DNA from: an uncultured virus (IMG/VR IMGVR_UViG_3300000302_000058)
Taxonomy: Duplodnaviria; Heunggongvirae; Uroviricota; Caudoviricetes
Length of the DNA: 64,000 nucleotides
IMG/VR virus record: IMGVR_UViG_3300000302_000058
Strand: one strand, 5' to 3'
This document shows, one piece after another, positions 28,420 through 37,556 of this stretch. A program made the position numbers and the translations under genes. The notes below the pieces were generated by a model. The model saw only the letters and a list, made by a program, of their open reading frames with translations. It made no database searches and was not told the DNA's origin. Each line of letters starts with the position of its first letter. Positions within the stretch are counted from its first letter, which is position 1.

Positions 28420-29145
28420 TTACCAATTCGTAGCAATGTCAACAGAATTTGCTGGACAGTAATCAAGAACAATCCCTGTACCAAGACTTGTAGAAATAAT
28501 TGTGCCTTTATCCATCTGAGCCGCAACAATAACGTAATCTCCATACATTTTTACACCATCGTCACGAATCCAATAATTACCTTGAATACCCATGCTTTGA
28601 GCATTAGAAATAACTCCGCTCATATCAAGATTGTAATAAGTTTCCTTATTTCCATTATAATAATTTACGCCACTAGAACGGGTAAGTCTAGAGCCACTGC
28701 TACTATAACTTTGTTGTCGTGCGGCCTGTTGTTGCTGTTGTTGAGCAGCACGCTGTTGACGTTGACTCTCTAGTTGACGCTCTTTTGAAGCCAAAGCTTC
28801 ATCACGCATCGCCGCAAACTGCCCACTAGTTTCTTCTAATTCATTAATATATTTGAAACTATCTAAACTAAAATTATCAACTATTGCCTGATTATCTTCA
28901 GATAAATAATCTCGTAGTTCCAATAGCTCAGAATGAGTAGACTCTAGCTCTGCGGCCTTAGTATTAAACTCGTTTTGCCATTGCTCTTGGTCAACATATC
29001 CTTCTTGAAGATATTCTCGTCCTTCTAATGAGGTATTATAAGCAACCATTGTAGTTGCTACATTATATAGCGATTTGCCAAATACTGTACTAGGTAAAGT
29101 AGAAAATATTACAAAGATACCCACTACAAGAATAAAAATGCCCAT
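28420..29145 (-). CDS. secreted coiled-coil protein with C-terminal 3D/lytic-transglycosylase-like domain
   Basis: Signal/TM, Q-rich linker, ETYYN...GTIISTSLGTGIVLD...VDIAT. Confidence 0.55.
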   Translation of the reverse strand: MGIFILVVGIFVIFSTLPSTVFGKSLYNVATTMVAYNTSLEGREYLQEGYVDQEQWQNEFNTKAAELESTHSELLELRDYLSEDNQAIVDNFSLDSFKYINELEETSGQFAAMRDEALASKERQLESQRQQRAAQQQQQQAARQQSYSSSGSRLTRSSGVNYYNGNKETYYNLDMSGVISNAQSMGIQGNYWIRDDGVKMYGDYVIVAAQMDKGTIISTSLGTGIVLDYCPANSVDIATNW

Positions 29146-29181
29146 TAGAATTTTATATTTGGTACTAATATAATCACATCC

Positions 29182-29877
29182 TTAAATCTGTGCGGCAAAA
29201 CCCCACTTAGGTTCATAAGTATCACCGTATTCGGCAATCCACTCATCTAAAGAAACCTCGATAATCGGCCCAATATTGTGCCGCACCCAATATTGCCCAT
29301 CGTGAGACACAATTACCCCGACATGTCCGTAAATGCCCCCTAAATAGGTTCTTGTGTGGGAAGGAACTGCTATTATCATTCCGGGAACTATATCTTCTCT
29401 ATTGGACGATATACAATAATTCCAGTACATATCACAAGCATTTCCACCGGGATAACCAAAACCCGCAGCCTGATAGACTTGACTGACCCAAGCCGCACAC
29501 AAACCACTTCCTGCGGTTGGTACGGTATATGTAGCATTTTCTATCGCTTGTGCTTGTTCAATTCGTTCTTCACGAATTTTTGCTCGCTCTGCTTCTTCTG
29601 CGACTTGTTGTATTTCTGTCTGAATCTCAGCGAGCTTTTCTTCTGTACGCTCTTGGAAAATCTCTACGAAAGATGCCAGCTGGGTATGATTCTCTTCTTG
29701 TATAAATTCAATTCCTGATTGTGCTCTTAGGACTTCGTGAAGAGAGTCTGCGTATACCGGCATTGGTAAAGACATAACCAAGCATACCATTATTACCACG
29801 ATTGCTTCTTTTATGTGTTTCATTCGATATAAAAATACCTCCTTTATCAACATAAAGAGAAGTCCTAAAAATGGCAC
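29182..29877 (-). CDS. secreted CHAP/NlpC-P60-like peptidoglycan hydrolase
   Basis: Signal peptide; GLCAAWVSQV, GNACDM, YGHVGV (Cys-His dyad). Confidence 0.7.
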   Translation of the reverse strand: MPFLGLLFMLIKEVFLYRMKHIKEAIVVIMVCLVMSLPMPVYADSLHEVLRAQSGIEFIQEENHTQLASFVEIFQERTEEKLAEIQTEIQQVAEEAERAKIREERIEQAQAIENATYTVPTAGSGLCAAWVSQVYQAAGFGYPGGNACDMYWNYCISSNREDIVPGMIIAVPSHTRTYLGGIYGHVGVIVSHDGQYWVRHNIGPIIEVSLDEWIAEYGDTYEPKWGFAAQI

Positions 29878-29932
29878 ATACTACTCTATGTTTTTTTCGG
29901 AGGTATTTTTATTCAAATTTGACCATTTTTTG

Positions 29933-30742
29933 CTAAGTGGCTAATTGTACCCCAATATCTCGAAGACTACGAGCCATCCTGATACAATGTTTACAAGACT
30001 GACAATTGCCACCTCTGCGACAACGTAAACCGCACTGTGAACGCTTCTTGATAAACCCACTCACTAGACCGGGACATGGCATATCAAATCCTTTGAAATC
30101 AATATTCAGCTCTTCCAATTGTCCATACCAAAACCTATTTGTAACATAAGCCTTGTAAAGAACTTTTAGAACATTAAAATCATATGGCGAGCCGCAATCA
30201 AACTCAATAACATCAATCCATTCAGCTATTGCATCCATATCTTGCGGACGATAGAGCGGTGCGGTAAAATCATCTGGCCCAATAGGATAAGAAGTAGGAG
30301 CACGATTAATAACCATTCTAATACGAACGCCATGTGCCGCACAATACTCTTTCACCTTATCTAGTTCATAGGTCAAATCATCACAAACATATACATCACA
30401 CACTTGATGATGCTCTACTAGCCACTTTAGCATAGTCCAACAATTAGCAGACATAGAATTATCAAAGAAGAAGGAGCAACCACGCTCCTTTAGTTGAGAA
30501 GCCTTAGAGATATCTTCTGCTCGCAAACGAAAGCAGACATTATTGCCAACCTTAGCTAGAGCACTCGCGGTCTTAACGTCAACTCCGTTGCGATACTCGA
30601 TATTGATTTGCTTATCTTTGTACTCTTGGATAAATTCAATTAGAGTGTCGAATGAATTTTTGTCAGGGTCAAAAAATATGGAAAATTCATCAACAACATC
30701 ATTTAGTTTAAAATGATTTTTATAAGGTATTGAAATACGCAT
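29933..30742 (-). CDS. hypothetical protein with Cys-rich C-terminus (possibly peptidase-U32-like)
   Basis: CxxxC...CxxC tail; barrel-like alternation. Confidence 0.4.
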   Translation of the reverse strand: MRISIPYKNHFKLNDVVDEFSIFFDPDKNSFDTLIEFIQEYKDKQINIEYRNGVDVKTASALAKVGNNVCFRLRAEDISKASQLKERGCSFFFDNSMSANCWTMLKWLVEHHQVCDVYVCDDLTYELDKVKEYCAAHGVRIRMVINRAPTSYPIGPDDFTAPLYRPQDMDAIAEWIDVIEFDCGSPYDFNVLKVLYKAYVTNRFWYGQLEELNIDFKGFDMPCPGLVSGFIKKRSQCGLRCRRGGNCQSCKHCIRMARSLRDIGVQLAT

Positions 30743-31724
30743 CTAATTGCTCCTTTACTGATTTAAGGCTATTTTTATTTTTATATACGATTCTATACAT
30801 TGTTATACCATTACTTTTACACCAACTGTCTTTTATACTATCAAGATATTGAATATGCTTTAATGTCTGTTCAGTATAGTAACCAGAACCTTTTTCTTGT
30901 CGGTGTTGTTCTCCATCACATTCGATTGCTAGGTTTAATTTAGGAATATAGAAATCTATATATAATTTTTTANNNNNNNNNNNNNNNNNNNNNNNNNNNN
31001 NNNNNNNNNNNNNNNNNNNNNNNNNNNNNNNNNNNNNNNNNNNNNNNNNNNNNNNNNNNNNNNNCTGGGGATTAATTAAATCAGTAAAAGTTTTTTGCAT
31101 TTCAAAAACAATATTTTTATTTTTTAAATATTCTTCAATAAATTTTTCTCCATAAGACGCAATACAACGCCCACAACTTTTTGTTGTCCCCATTAATAAA
31201 TTATTAGATATTACATCAGAATATCTCCCGCAGTCACACTTACAATGCCAAATATAAGAACCGTTTTGCTTGCCGATTGTATATAATGCCGTTAATTTCC
31301 CAAATCGTTTATTTTTTAAATCTTTAAAATGGCTTTGCGAAGTTCTTTCTTTTTGTACACATCCACAAGACGTGGTATTCCCGGAAGTTAGATTACTACC
31401 ATATACTTGTAAAACAGTTTTTTGATGACAAGAACATTGACATTCCCAAATTGGACCATGTCTATCTGAGTATAAATATCTTAAAACTGTTAATCGCCCA
31501 TATGTTCGTCCTGCTAAATCTTCATAAGGTCTTTTTGAGTTACATCCGCAAGATTTAACACTTCCTTTTTGAATATTATCTATAGGGGCGATAAAAAGCT
31601 TTTTACATACTGGGCATTGAAATTCACCAAACCATCTTCGTCCTTTTTTATAAAGACGATGAATCATTTGAATAGGAACTGGCCCTATATAATCCCCATC
31701 TTTATATTTAAAACCCCTCCCCAA
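30720..31724 (-). CDS. Cys-rich free-standing endonuclease (third paralog; gap inside)
   Basis: KSCGC repeats; DFYIPKLNLAIECDGEQH. Confidence 0.72.
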   Translation of the reverse strand: MGRGFKYKDGDYIGPVPIQMIHRLYKKGRRWFGEFQCPVCKKLFIAPIDNIQKGSVKSCGCNSKRPYEDLAGRTYGRLTVLRYLYSDRHGPIWECQCSCHQKTVLQVYGSNLTSGNTTSCGCVQKERTSQSHFKDLKNKRFGKLTALYTIGKQNGSYIWHCKCDCGRYSDVISNNLLMGTTKSCGRCIASYGEKFIEEYLKNKNIVFEMQKTFTDLINPQXXXXXXXXXXXXXXXXXXXXXXXXXXXXXXXKKLYIDFYIPKLNLAIECDGEQHRQEKGSGYYTEQTLKHIQYLDSIKDSWCKSNGITMYRIVYKNKNSLKSVKEQLDAYFNTL

Positions 31725-31738
31725 ATTAAACCTCCCCT

Positions 31739-32044
31739 TTATACAATATCAATCTTATCAATTTCACTTCTGATATGATAAGGTAGGTCATTATATTTGA
31801 CGCCATAACCATCAAGCATTCTATTAACATCAGCCGCAGTGGTCTTCCAATACTGAGCATGATGTTGCATACGATGAATATCTAAAGTCAGTGAATCCTC
31901 GACCATTNNNNNNNNNNNNNNNNNNNNNNNNNNNNNNNNNNNNNNNNNNNNNNNNNNNNNNNNNNNNNNNNNNNNNNNNNNNNNNNNNNNNNNNNNNNNN
32001 NNAGTCATAGGATTGCCAACCTCTAACGGATTGAATTCAAACAT
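31739..32044 (-). CDS. hypothetical protein (gap inside)
   Basis: ORF in operon. Confidence 0.4.
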   Translation of the reverse strand: MFEFNPLEVGNPMTXXXXXXXXXXXXXXXXXXXXXXXXXXXXXXXXMVEDSLTLDIHRMQHHAQYWKTTAADVNRMLDGYGVKYNDLPYHIRSEIDKIDIV

Positions 32045-32247
32045 TAGTATTTACCTGTCTCCACGAGCGTATAATACTTGTCTGCGGCATCTTTGAACAT
32101 CTTCCATCCGTCATATGCCTGATAGATAACTTGACGAAGCTCGGAGTCAACAGTCATTTCCACTTGCTGCGGAATTACGCCTGTGTCAAAGAGTTCGCCA
32201 AGTCCGCCTTCCCAATCACACTTGTTAATAAATTCCACTGCGTTCAA
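32044..32247 (-). CDS. hypothetical protein
   Basis: ORF with GGAGG RBS; KCDWEGG motif. Confidence 0.55.
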   Translation of the reverse strand: MNAVEFINKCDWEGGLGELFDTGVIPQQVEMTVDSELRQVIYQAYDGWKMFKDAADKYYTLVETGKY

Positions 32248-32543
32248 TTAATTTTCCTCCTTTACGGCATAAATAGAGATATAGCAATTAACATTATCAT
32301 ACTCGGGATGTAACCGAAGAAAACCGCAAAGAGCCTCACTAGGCTTGCTATTACTGTCAATCATAGATATACGCCAAATGGTCTTCTCACAGGTAAGATG
32401 ATTATTAATCTTGATAATGTAACAAACACCCATATCTTTCCTTTCTATTGAATACTTCTATAGTATACCATATTGCTGCCAAGATAGTCAAGAAAAAAGC
32501 CGTGTAGACCAAAATCTACACGGCTTATACAGAAAGGAAGAGA

Positions 32544-34095
32544 CTAACAGACGTTAGCGTAGTGAGTGTTGATGTACTGGACGATGTTTCCTCCGCGCTC
32601 TAGGAGGTCAAGCATCTTGAAAATCTTATCGTTAAGACCAGTGAGCATCACGAGGTCCCCACGCGCAGGGTTGGTGAGACGGTTACTGTAATTGCCAAGG
32701 TCGAACGAGTAAGTCTTAGTAGAACCGTAGTGCTTCATGTATTGGTTCAAAGCATTCTGACTCATGTCGGAGCCACCGTACCAATAAGAACGGTTCCCCA
32801 TAACCTGCATATCAGAGAACAGGAAGATACGGTCATAGTGCTTGTCGAGCATATCGAACACAGGAACAATGCAAGTACCATAGCCGCAATCATCGTTCTC
32901 CTGCATCTTGCCGATGATGTTGAAGATGTTGTCAAGACGATTGTAGTTACACATCTTCGCATCATTACCGAACTTGATGAACTCAGAACCGGGGTTGGCA
33001 AGGTAGATTGCGGCTGCGTAGCAAGCACCGACCTCCTTGATGGTCATCTCGCTGTGACCGGACATGGAGTCGTCCATAGAACCGGACACGTCAAGAACGA
33101 CAAGAGAGGTGCCGTCAAGTCCCGGAATGTTCTTGACCGCATAACGAAACGCCTTGTCAAGAGCAACGTTCACGCAAAGCGGACAAGCGTTTAGGAACTT
33201 ATACGCAGTGTAAATCTGATAAGGGAATACCAGAGACTTCTCAATCTTCTTCTCGTTGGAAAGCTGAGGGCAGAGAACGTCCTCTAGCCACTCGACAGAG
33301 ACAGGGCAGGCAAGAATGTTGTTGAGGTTGCGGAGAAGCGCAAGATAGCCAAGATTGCCGCTTNNNNNNNNNNNNNNNNNNNNNNNNNNNNNNNNNNNNN
33401 NNNNNNNNNNNNNNNNNNNNNNNNNNNNNNNNNNNNNNNNNNNNNNNNNNNNNNACAAGCTCAATCCAATTCTGCGCCTTCTCCTCCTCGTTCTTAGAAG
33501 CAGAAATCTTCTGCTCCCAAGTGCCAGCGTGCTCTAGAGTGCCGTTGTAGAACTTATCAACGACCTCGCTCTTAGGGTGGCAGACGTTGATAAGGTCAAT
33601 CATAGACCAGTTCTTGCGACGCATAGCGTACTTGTCCATCTGATAAGCAGATAGACCACTAATGTAATCACCAGCACCACGAACAAGAGCGTGCGAACGC
33701 TTATCTCCAAGAGACTCGACAATGGCGAAAATCTCAGAAACATCATCAGGACGCTTCATATAGTTCTTGAAGAAGTCACGCTTGCCCTCGAACTGAACAG
33801 GATTAAGCATCGCCGCAGTAAGCTGCGAAATGCTACGCATTCCAAGTTCATTTCGAGCAAAATAAGCCGCACGACCAACGAACTTGGCTCCATACTTTTC
33901 CAACATCTTTTGGGTAAGCTGAATATAGCGGTTCATCTGCTCGTCACCGCTTTCGTAGAAGCGATTCTCAAGCATGTTAGAAAACAGGTTATTAAGCCAG
34001 TCCTGCTCAAGAGACTTCTCGAAAGCATCACCACCCTCATAGGTCACAGCGTTAGGCTGAGCAGGGGTCTTAGTTTTATTAAATTTTCCAGCCAT
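32544..34095 (-). CDS. Ro60/TROVE-domain ribonucleoprotein with C-terminal vWA domain (frame break is at the N-gap)
   Basis: TYEGG, ENRFYES, ARNELGMRS, DLINVCHPK, GTWE, YLALLRNLNNI, VFPYQIY, LDVSGSM (MIDAS), FSDMQ. Confidence 0.9.
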
Positions 34096-34128
34096 TTAAA
34101 TCTCCAATCACTCTAACAGAGGTAAACT

Positions 34129-34224
34129 AAAGAAGGAAATGCTTGATAACAGACAAAAAAATGGAGCCTAAGACGGAGGCAAAAATGTTGTCTTTGAAGT
34201 AACTGTTATCATCATCACTTCTTT
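34129..34224 (-). ncRNA. Y-RNA-like RNA (family copy 1)
   Basis: AAAGAAG-T-GATGA-TGATAACAG-TTACTTC...CTGTTATCA...TTTC-CTTCTTT directly upstream of Ro60. Confidence 0.72.
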
Positions 34225-34237
34225 TTAATACAAAGTA

Positions 34238-34331
34238 GACGGTGTGCGGCAAAATCATATCTGAGTAAAAAACACTGTTATTATCCCTTATAATATATGA
34301 AGTAACTCAAATGCTCGTCACGCACACCGTC
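34238..34331 (-). ncRNA. Y-RNA-like RNA (family copy 2)
   Basis: GACGGTGTGCG-T-GACGA...GAGTTACTTC...ACTCAGAT...C-CGCACACCGTC. Confidence 0.7.
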
Positions 34332-34354
34332 GCACGAAGGGAGGTGTTCAAAGA

Positions 34355-34494
34355 AAAGCGAGGAAACAGGGAAAAGAGTGAATATATCGTGCTCTACCCT
34401 TGAGCTAACTCGCAAGCAGTATGCAAGTATAGGATTCGAACCTATAACCGCGCCATTACCAATGGAAGTAACTCTTTTCTTCATCACTCGCTTT
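34355..34494 (-). ncRNA. YrlA-type Y RNA with permuted tRNA domain (family copy 3)
   Basis: Same scaffold; insert has T-arm ATAGG-TTCGAAT-CCTAT, closed acceptor ACTTGCA/TGCGAGT, then D-arm GCTC-AAGGGTA-GAGC; next to Ro60. Confidence 0.85.
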
Positions 34495-34505
34495 ATTATA
34501 TATTA

Positions 34506-34739
34506 CTAATAAATTTTCTCGTTGTCAAGGAAAATCTCGGGGTTTCCATCAATTTTCTCCAAAGACTCAATGGAAACATCGTTCTTGTAATCGACAACAT
34601 AGACTGTGACTGAACCGCCGCCGAAGTATGCGACAGTGGATGCGACCTTTGCTCGCTCGTCCTCTACCTGATGCTCATATACATCATTTACCCAAAAATG
34701 AGCACCGTTAATCGTCAGACCGCAAATAAAGTAACGCAT
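34506..34739 (-). CDS. hypothetical protein
   Basis: ORF with GAGG RBS. Confidence 0.5.
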   Translation of the reverse strand: MRYFICGLTINGAHFWVNDVYEHQVEDERAKVASTVAYFGGGSVTVYVVDYKNDVSIESLEKIDGNPEIFLDNEKIY

Positions 34740-34748
34740 TTCCTCTCC

Positions 34749-35447
34749 TTACTTGTAGAAACTTGAGTAGTCGATAAGACGAATCTTACCATCTCTAAAC
34801 GCTACATTACCATTATGACAGTCTCGGATATCGTTGTCAACCAGAAAATCCAACAACTTATCCGTTAGCTCCTTGCCCCAAGAGTCATAGAACATGCCAA
34901 TCGTATCGTCATCCATGTCCGCAGGGGCATAATAGAATCGCTTTCCCGACTCTTGACGCTTTGACTCGATATAGGCAAGTCCAGCCGCAGAGCTGTGGTG
35001 CGGCGTTGCATCTTCATCTAGAGCGCTTTCGCTCATTTCAGACACATAAACAGGAAATCCCTGAATGTCACAAAGATACCTTGTGCCGCAAAACAAATCA
35101 CCCAGACCTGCGCCGCACGCAAGCTCATAAATAAGCTCTTCCGAGTGACAATAATCCCAATTCTTTTCACCAATTGCGTTGGTAAAGTCATTATAGATTC
35201 CATCTTCAGTGCATTCACCGAGGAACGGAATCTTTAGTACATAGTCTCCAAGATAATTATAAAACAGAACTACTTTGGAGCAGCCGTACTTCACATCGTC
35301 AATGTCCGGGTCACCCCAAAAAGCATCACAATCGTCTATTGGGTCACCGTTTACTGTTGTCCACATAATATCAGAAGGGTCTTCTTGAAAAGAAAATCGA
35401 GATTGTACGATATCTTTAAGTAGTGCAATGTCTGAATTTGAAATCAT
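34749..35447 (-). CDS. protein-kinase-like fold protein
   Basis: GCSK, VLKIP, DCHNGN catalytic loop, LIDYS. Confidence 0.7.
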   Translation of the reverse strand: MISNSDIALLKDIVQSRFSFQEDPSDIMWTTVNGDPIDDCDAFWGDPDIDDVKYGCSKVVLFYNYLGDYVLKIPFLGECTEDGIYNDFTNAIGEKNWDYCHSEELIYELACGAGLGDLFCGTRYLCDIQGFPVYVSEMSESALDEDATPHHSSAAGLAYIESKRQESGKRFYYAPADMDDDTIGMFYDSWGKELTDKLLDFLVDNDIRDCHNGNVAFRDGKIRLIDYSSFYK

Positions 35448-35540
35448 CTTTCTCCTTTCACTGCTTATTATATCATACTAGTTTCTATCTAGCAAGGGTA
35501 TAATAAGGGTATAATTTTATATTGCGGCGAAAGGAGGTAA

Positions 35541-35864
35541 ATGTACGTAACATTAAGATGTGTAACCTGTGACAATGCAGAATGCAACCTTGGCCGCTAT
35601 CTGATTCCAGATGGTAGTCAAGAAGGTTGCACCCGCGAAGTAACAGATGAACAAGCGGAAAAGCTACAACACTACGAAGAAGAAGTGCTGCCGTTTATTC
35701 CTATGTACAAAACTCATATCGCCGCACAGCAAAAGCTGGAAGAGATATATCATTTTCTTCAGACCATCTACTCTTGCCCTCTTGGAAAATTGCTAGACGC
35801 TAAGGGAAAGGTCATACTTGACCCCAATATCGTCGATAATCGACTGCGTAGAGTACCCAAGTAA
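35541..35864 (+). CDS. hypothetical Cys-containing protein (opposite strand)
   Basis: AAGGAGG RBS; CxxC. Confidence 0.55.
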   Translation: MYVTLRCVTCDNAECNLGRYLIPDGSQEGCTREVTDEQAEKLQHYEEEVLPFIPMYKTHIAAQQKLEEIYHFLQTIYSCPLGKLLDAKGKVILDPNIVDNRLRRVPK

Positions 35865-36123
35865 GATAGCGTCCATCATCATCATAGATACGCACGATTG
35901 TCCAGCCGTTGTGCATATAAGAATGAAGCTGAACGCTAATCTGATACACACGGCCATGAACAAGAGTCACAGGCGGACAATTGCTCACCTTGTTATAATA
36001 TTCGGTTTTACCAAGATAGCGAGCATACATCTTCGTGCGGCCAGAGAGATTGGCAAAACCCTCGCCAAGCATCAGCCCGACAGTCGCAAAAGGATTGACT
36101 GCCGCAACAGTTCCCATGTCCAT
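35812..36123 (-). CDS. hypothetical protein
   Basis: GGAGG RBS. Confidence 0.5.
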   Translation of the reverse strand: MDMGTVAAVNPFATVGLMLGEGFANLSGRTKMYARYLGKTEYYNKVSNCPPVTLVHGRVYQISVQLHSYMHNGWTIVRIYDDDGRYLTWVLYAVDYRRYWGQV

Positions 36124-36447
36124 TAATACACCTCCACTCGGTCATACTCGTGGGANNNNNNNNNNNNNNNNNNNNNNNNNNNNNNNNNNNNNNNNNNNNN
36201 NNNNNNNNNNNNNNNNNNNNNNNNNNNNNNNNNNNNNNNNNNNNNNNNNNNNNNNNNNNNNNNTCATCCACGTTGCGAAGAAACATCATATCCTCGTAGA
36301 AGGAATCCACAACCCAAACCTTATCCATATAACGAACGTACATTCCAACCTCGAACATACACAGTCCTTTCTCTTGCTTTGATATAATCATTATAACACA
36401 AGAAAAAGAAAAAGCCTAGTAGAAAACAATCTACTAGGCTTTATTTG

Positions 36448-36915
36448 TTAAAACTTCTCTCGAACTCCACGACTGGTGCCATCAATTGCCGCAAGAGTCC
36501 AATAATATCTAGAAAGCGGAGCGTCTTTCCACGTGCGGTCAGGACGCAAGTTGTCAAGAACATCCTGCTTTTTTACGCGACGAGCAATATCATTCTTGAT
36601 ACATCTACGGATATACTGCTTATATTGCTCTTCCTCGCGTCGAGTAATCGCGTCTACAGCGTCTACGATACTCTCAGGGTATCTATCCTCTAGATATCCA
36701 AGAGAACAAGCAGTATCCTCTACAAGGTCATGGAGACAAGCGACAATAGCCGCATCGGCATCGTTTAGCTCTTGGAAGTGTGCGGCGATACGCAAAGGAT
36801 GAAGATAATACGGCTCACCGCACTTATCAACCTGCCCTTTGTGAAAGCTAAACATATCATTCAGAGCGTCTTGATAGAGAATGAATCCATAATTATCATT
36901 GTCATTAAACCGCAT
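36448..36915 (-). CDS. HD-domain hydrolase, small alarmone hydrolase (SpoT-HD/Mesh1)-like
   Basis: HKGQVDKCGEPYYLHP, ACLHDLVEDT, VKKQDVLDN. Confidence 0.85.
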   Translation of the reverse strand: MRFNDNDNYGFILYQDALNDMFSFHKGQVDKCGEPYYLHPLRIAAHFQELNDADAAIVACLHDLVEDTACSLGYLEDRYPESIVDAVDAITRREEEQYKQYIRRCIKNDIARRVKKQDVLDNLRPDRTWKDAPLSRYYWTLAAIDGTSRGVREKF

Positions 36916-36923
36916 AACTCTCC

Positions 36924-37175
36924 TTAGATATGAATATCTACAACGGTAATTCGATACTCTTTAGGATTTAGAGAGTATAGAAAATTCTTATGGAAGTCCT
37001 GTGCCCAACTAATCTCTTGAATAATATTCGTAAAGAAAGAGTCGTTCTCGTGCCACTTACCGTCTGCGTCAACAACATAATTAAAGTAGAACATTCCACG
37101 CAGAGCGGCATAGATATCCTTGGTAAGATAGTGAGATATCATATACTGGGGAGAGTCAAAAGTCTTATTCTGCAT
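36924..37175 (-). CDS. hypothetical protein (possibly C-terminal part of the 37546-start gene broken by the gap)
   Basis: VVDADGKWHE...TVVDIHI. Confidence 0.45.
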   Translation of the reverse strand: MQNKTFDSPQYMISHYLTKDIYAALRGMFYFNYVVDADGKWHENDSFFTNIIQEISWAQDFHKNFLYSLNPKEYRITVVDIHI

Positions 37176-37556
37176 AGCATCGTTCCAATATGCTAGTGCA
37201 TTGTTGTAAGCTGCTATGCTAAAACCTGTATCAATATCACATAGCAGAGCTGAATCGGCTCGTTCACCATTTGTCAGACGAAGACGGCCANNNNNNNNNN
37301 NNNNNNNNNNNNNNNNNNNNNNNNNNNNNNNNNNNNNNNNNNNNNNNNNNNNNNNNNNNNNNNNNNNNNNNNNNNNNNNNNNNNNNNNNNNNTCTCAAAC
37401 CGGTCCCACTTGGCATTTGGATTAGTCCAATATTCGTCCCCATCCTCTTCGACAATCTTCTGAATCTCTAGGCTTTCATCATATGGCCGCATAATATCAT
37501 CAATATCCGTACCATCACGATGAATGACACCAACGCAAAAGTGCATATATTACCTC

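Noticed and set aside
33241..33464. Apparent frameshifts or split genes in TROVE (and in vWA at 40421-40505)
   Set aside because: The breaks coincide with N-gaps of arbitrary length, so they are assembly artefacts
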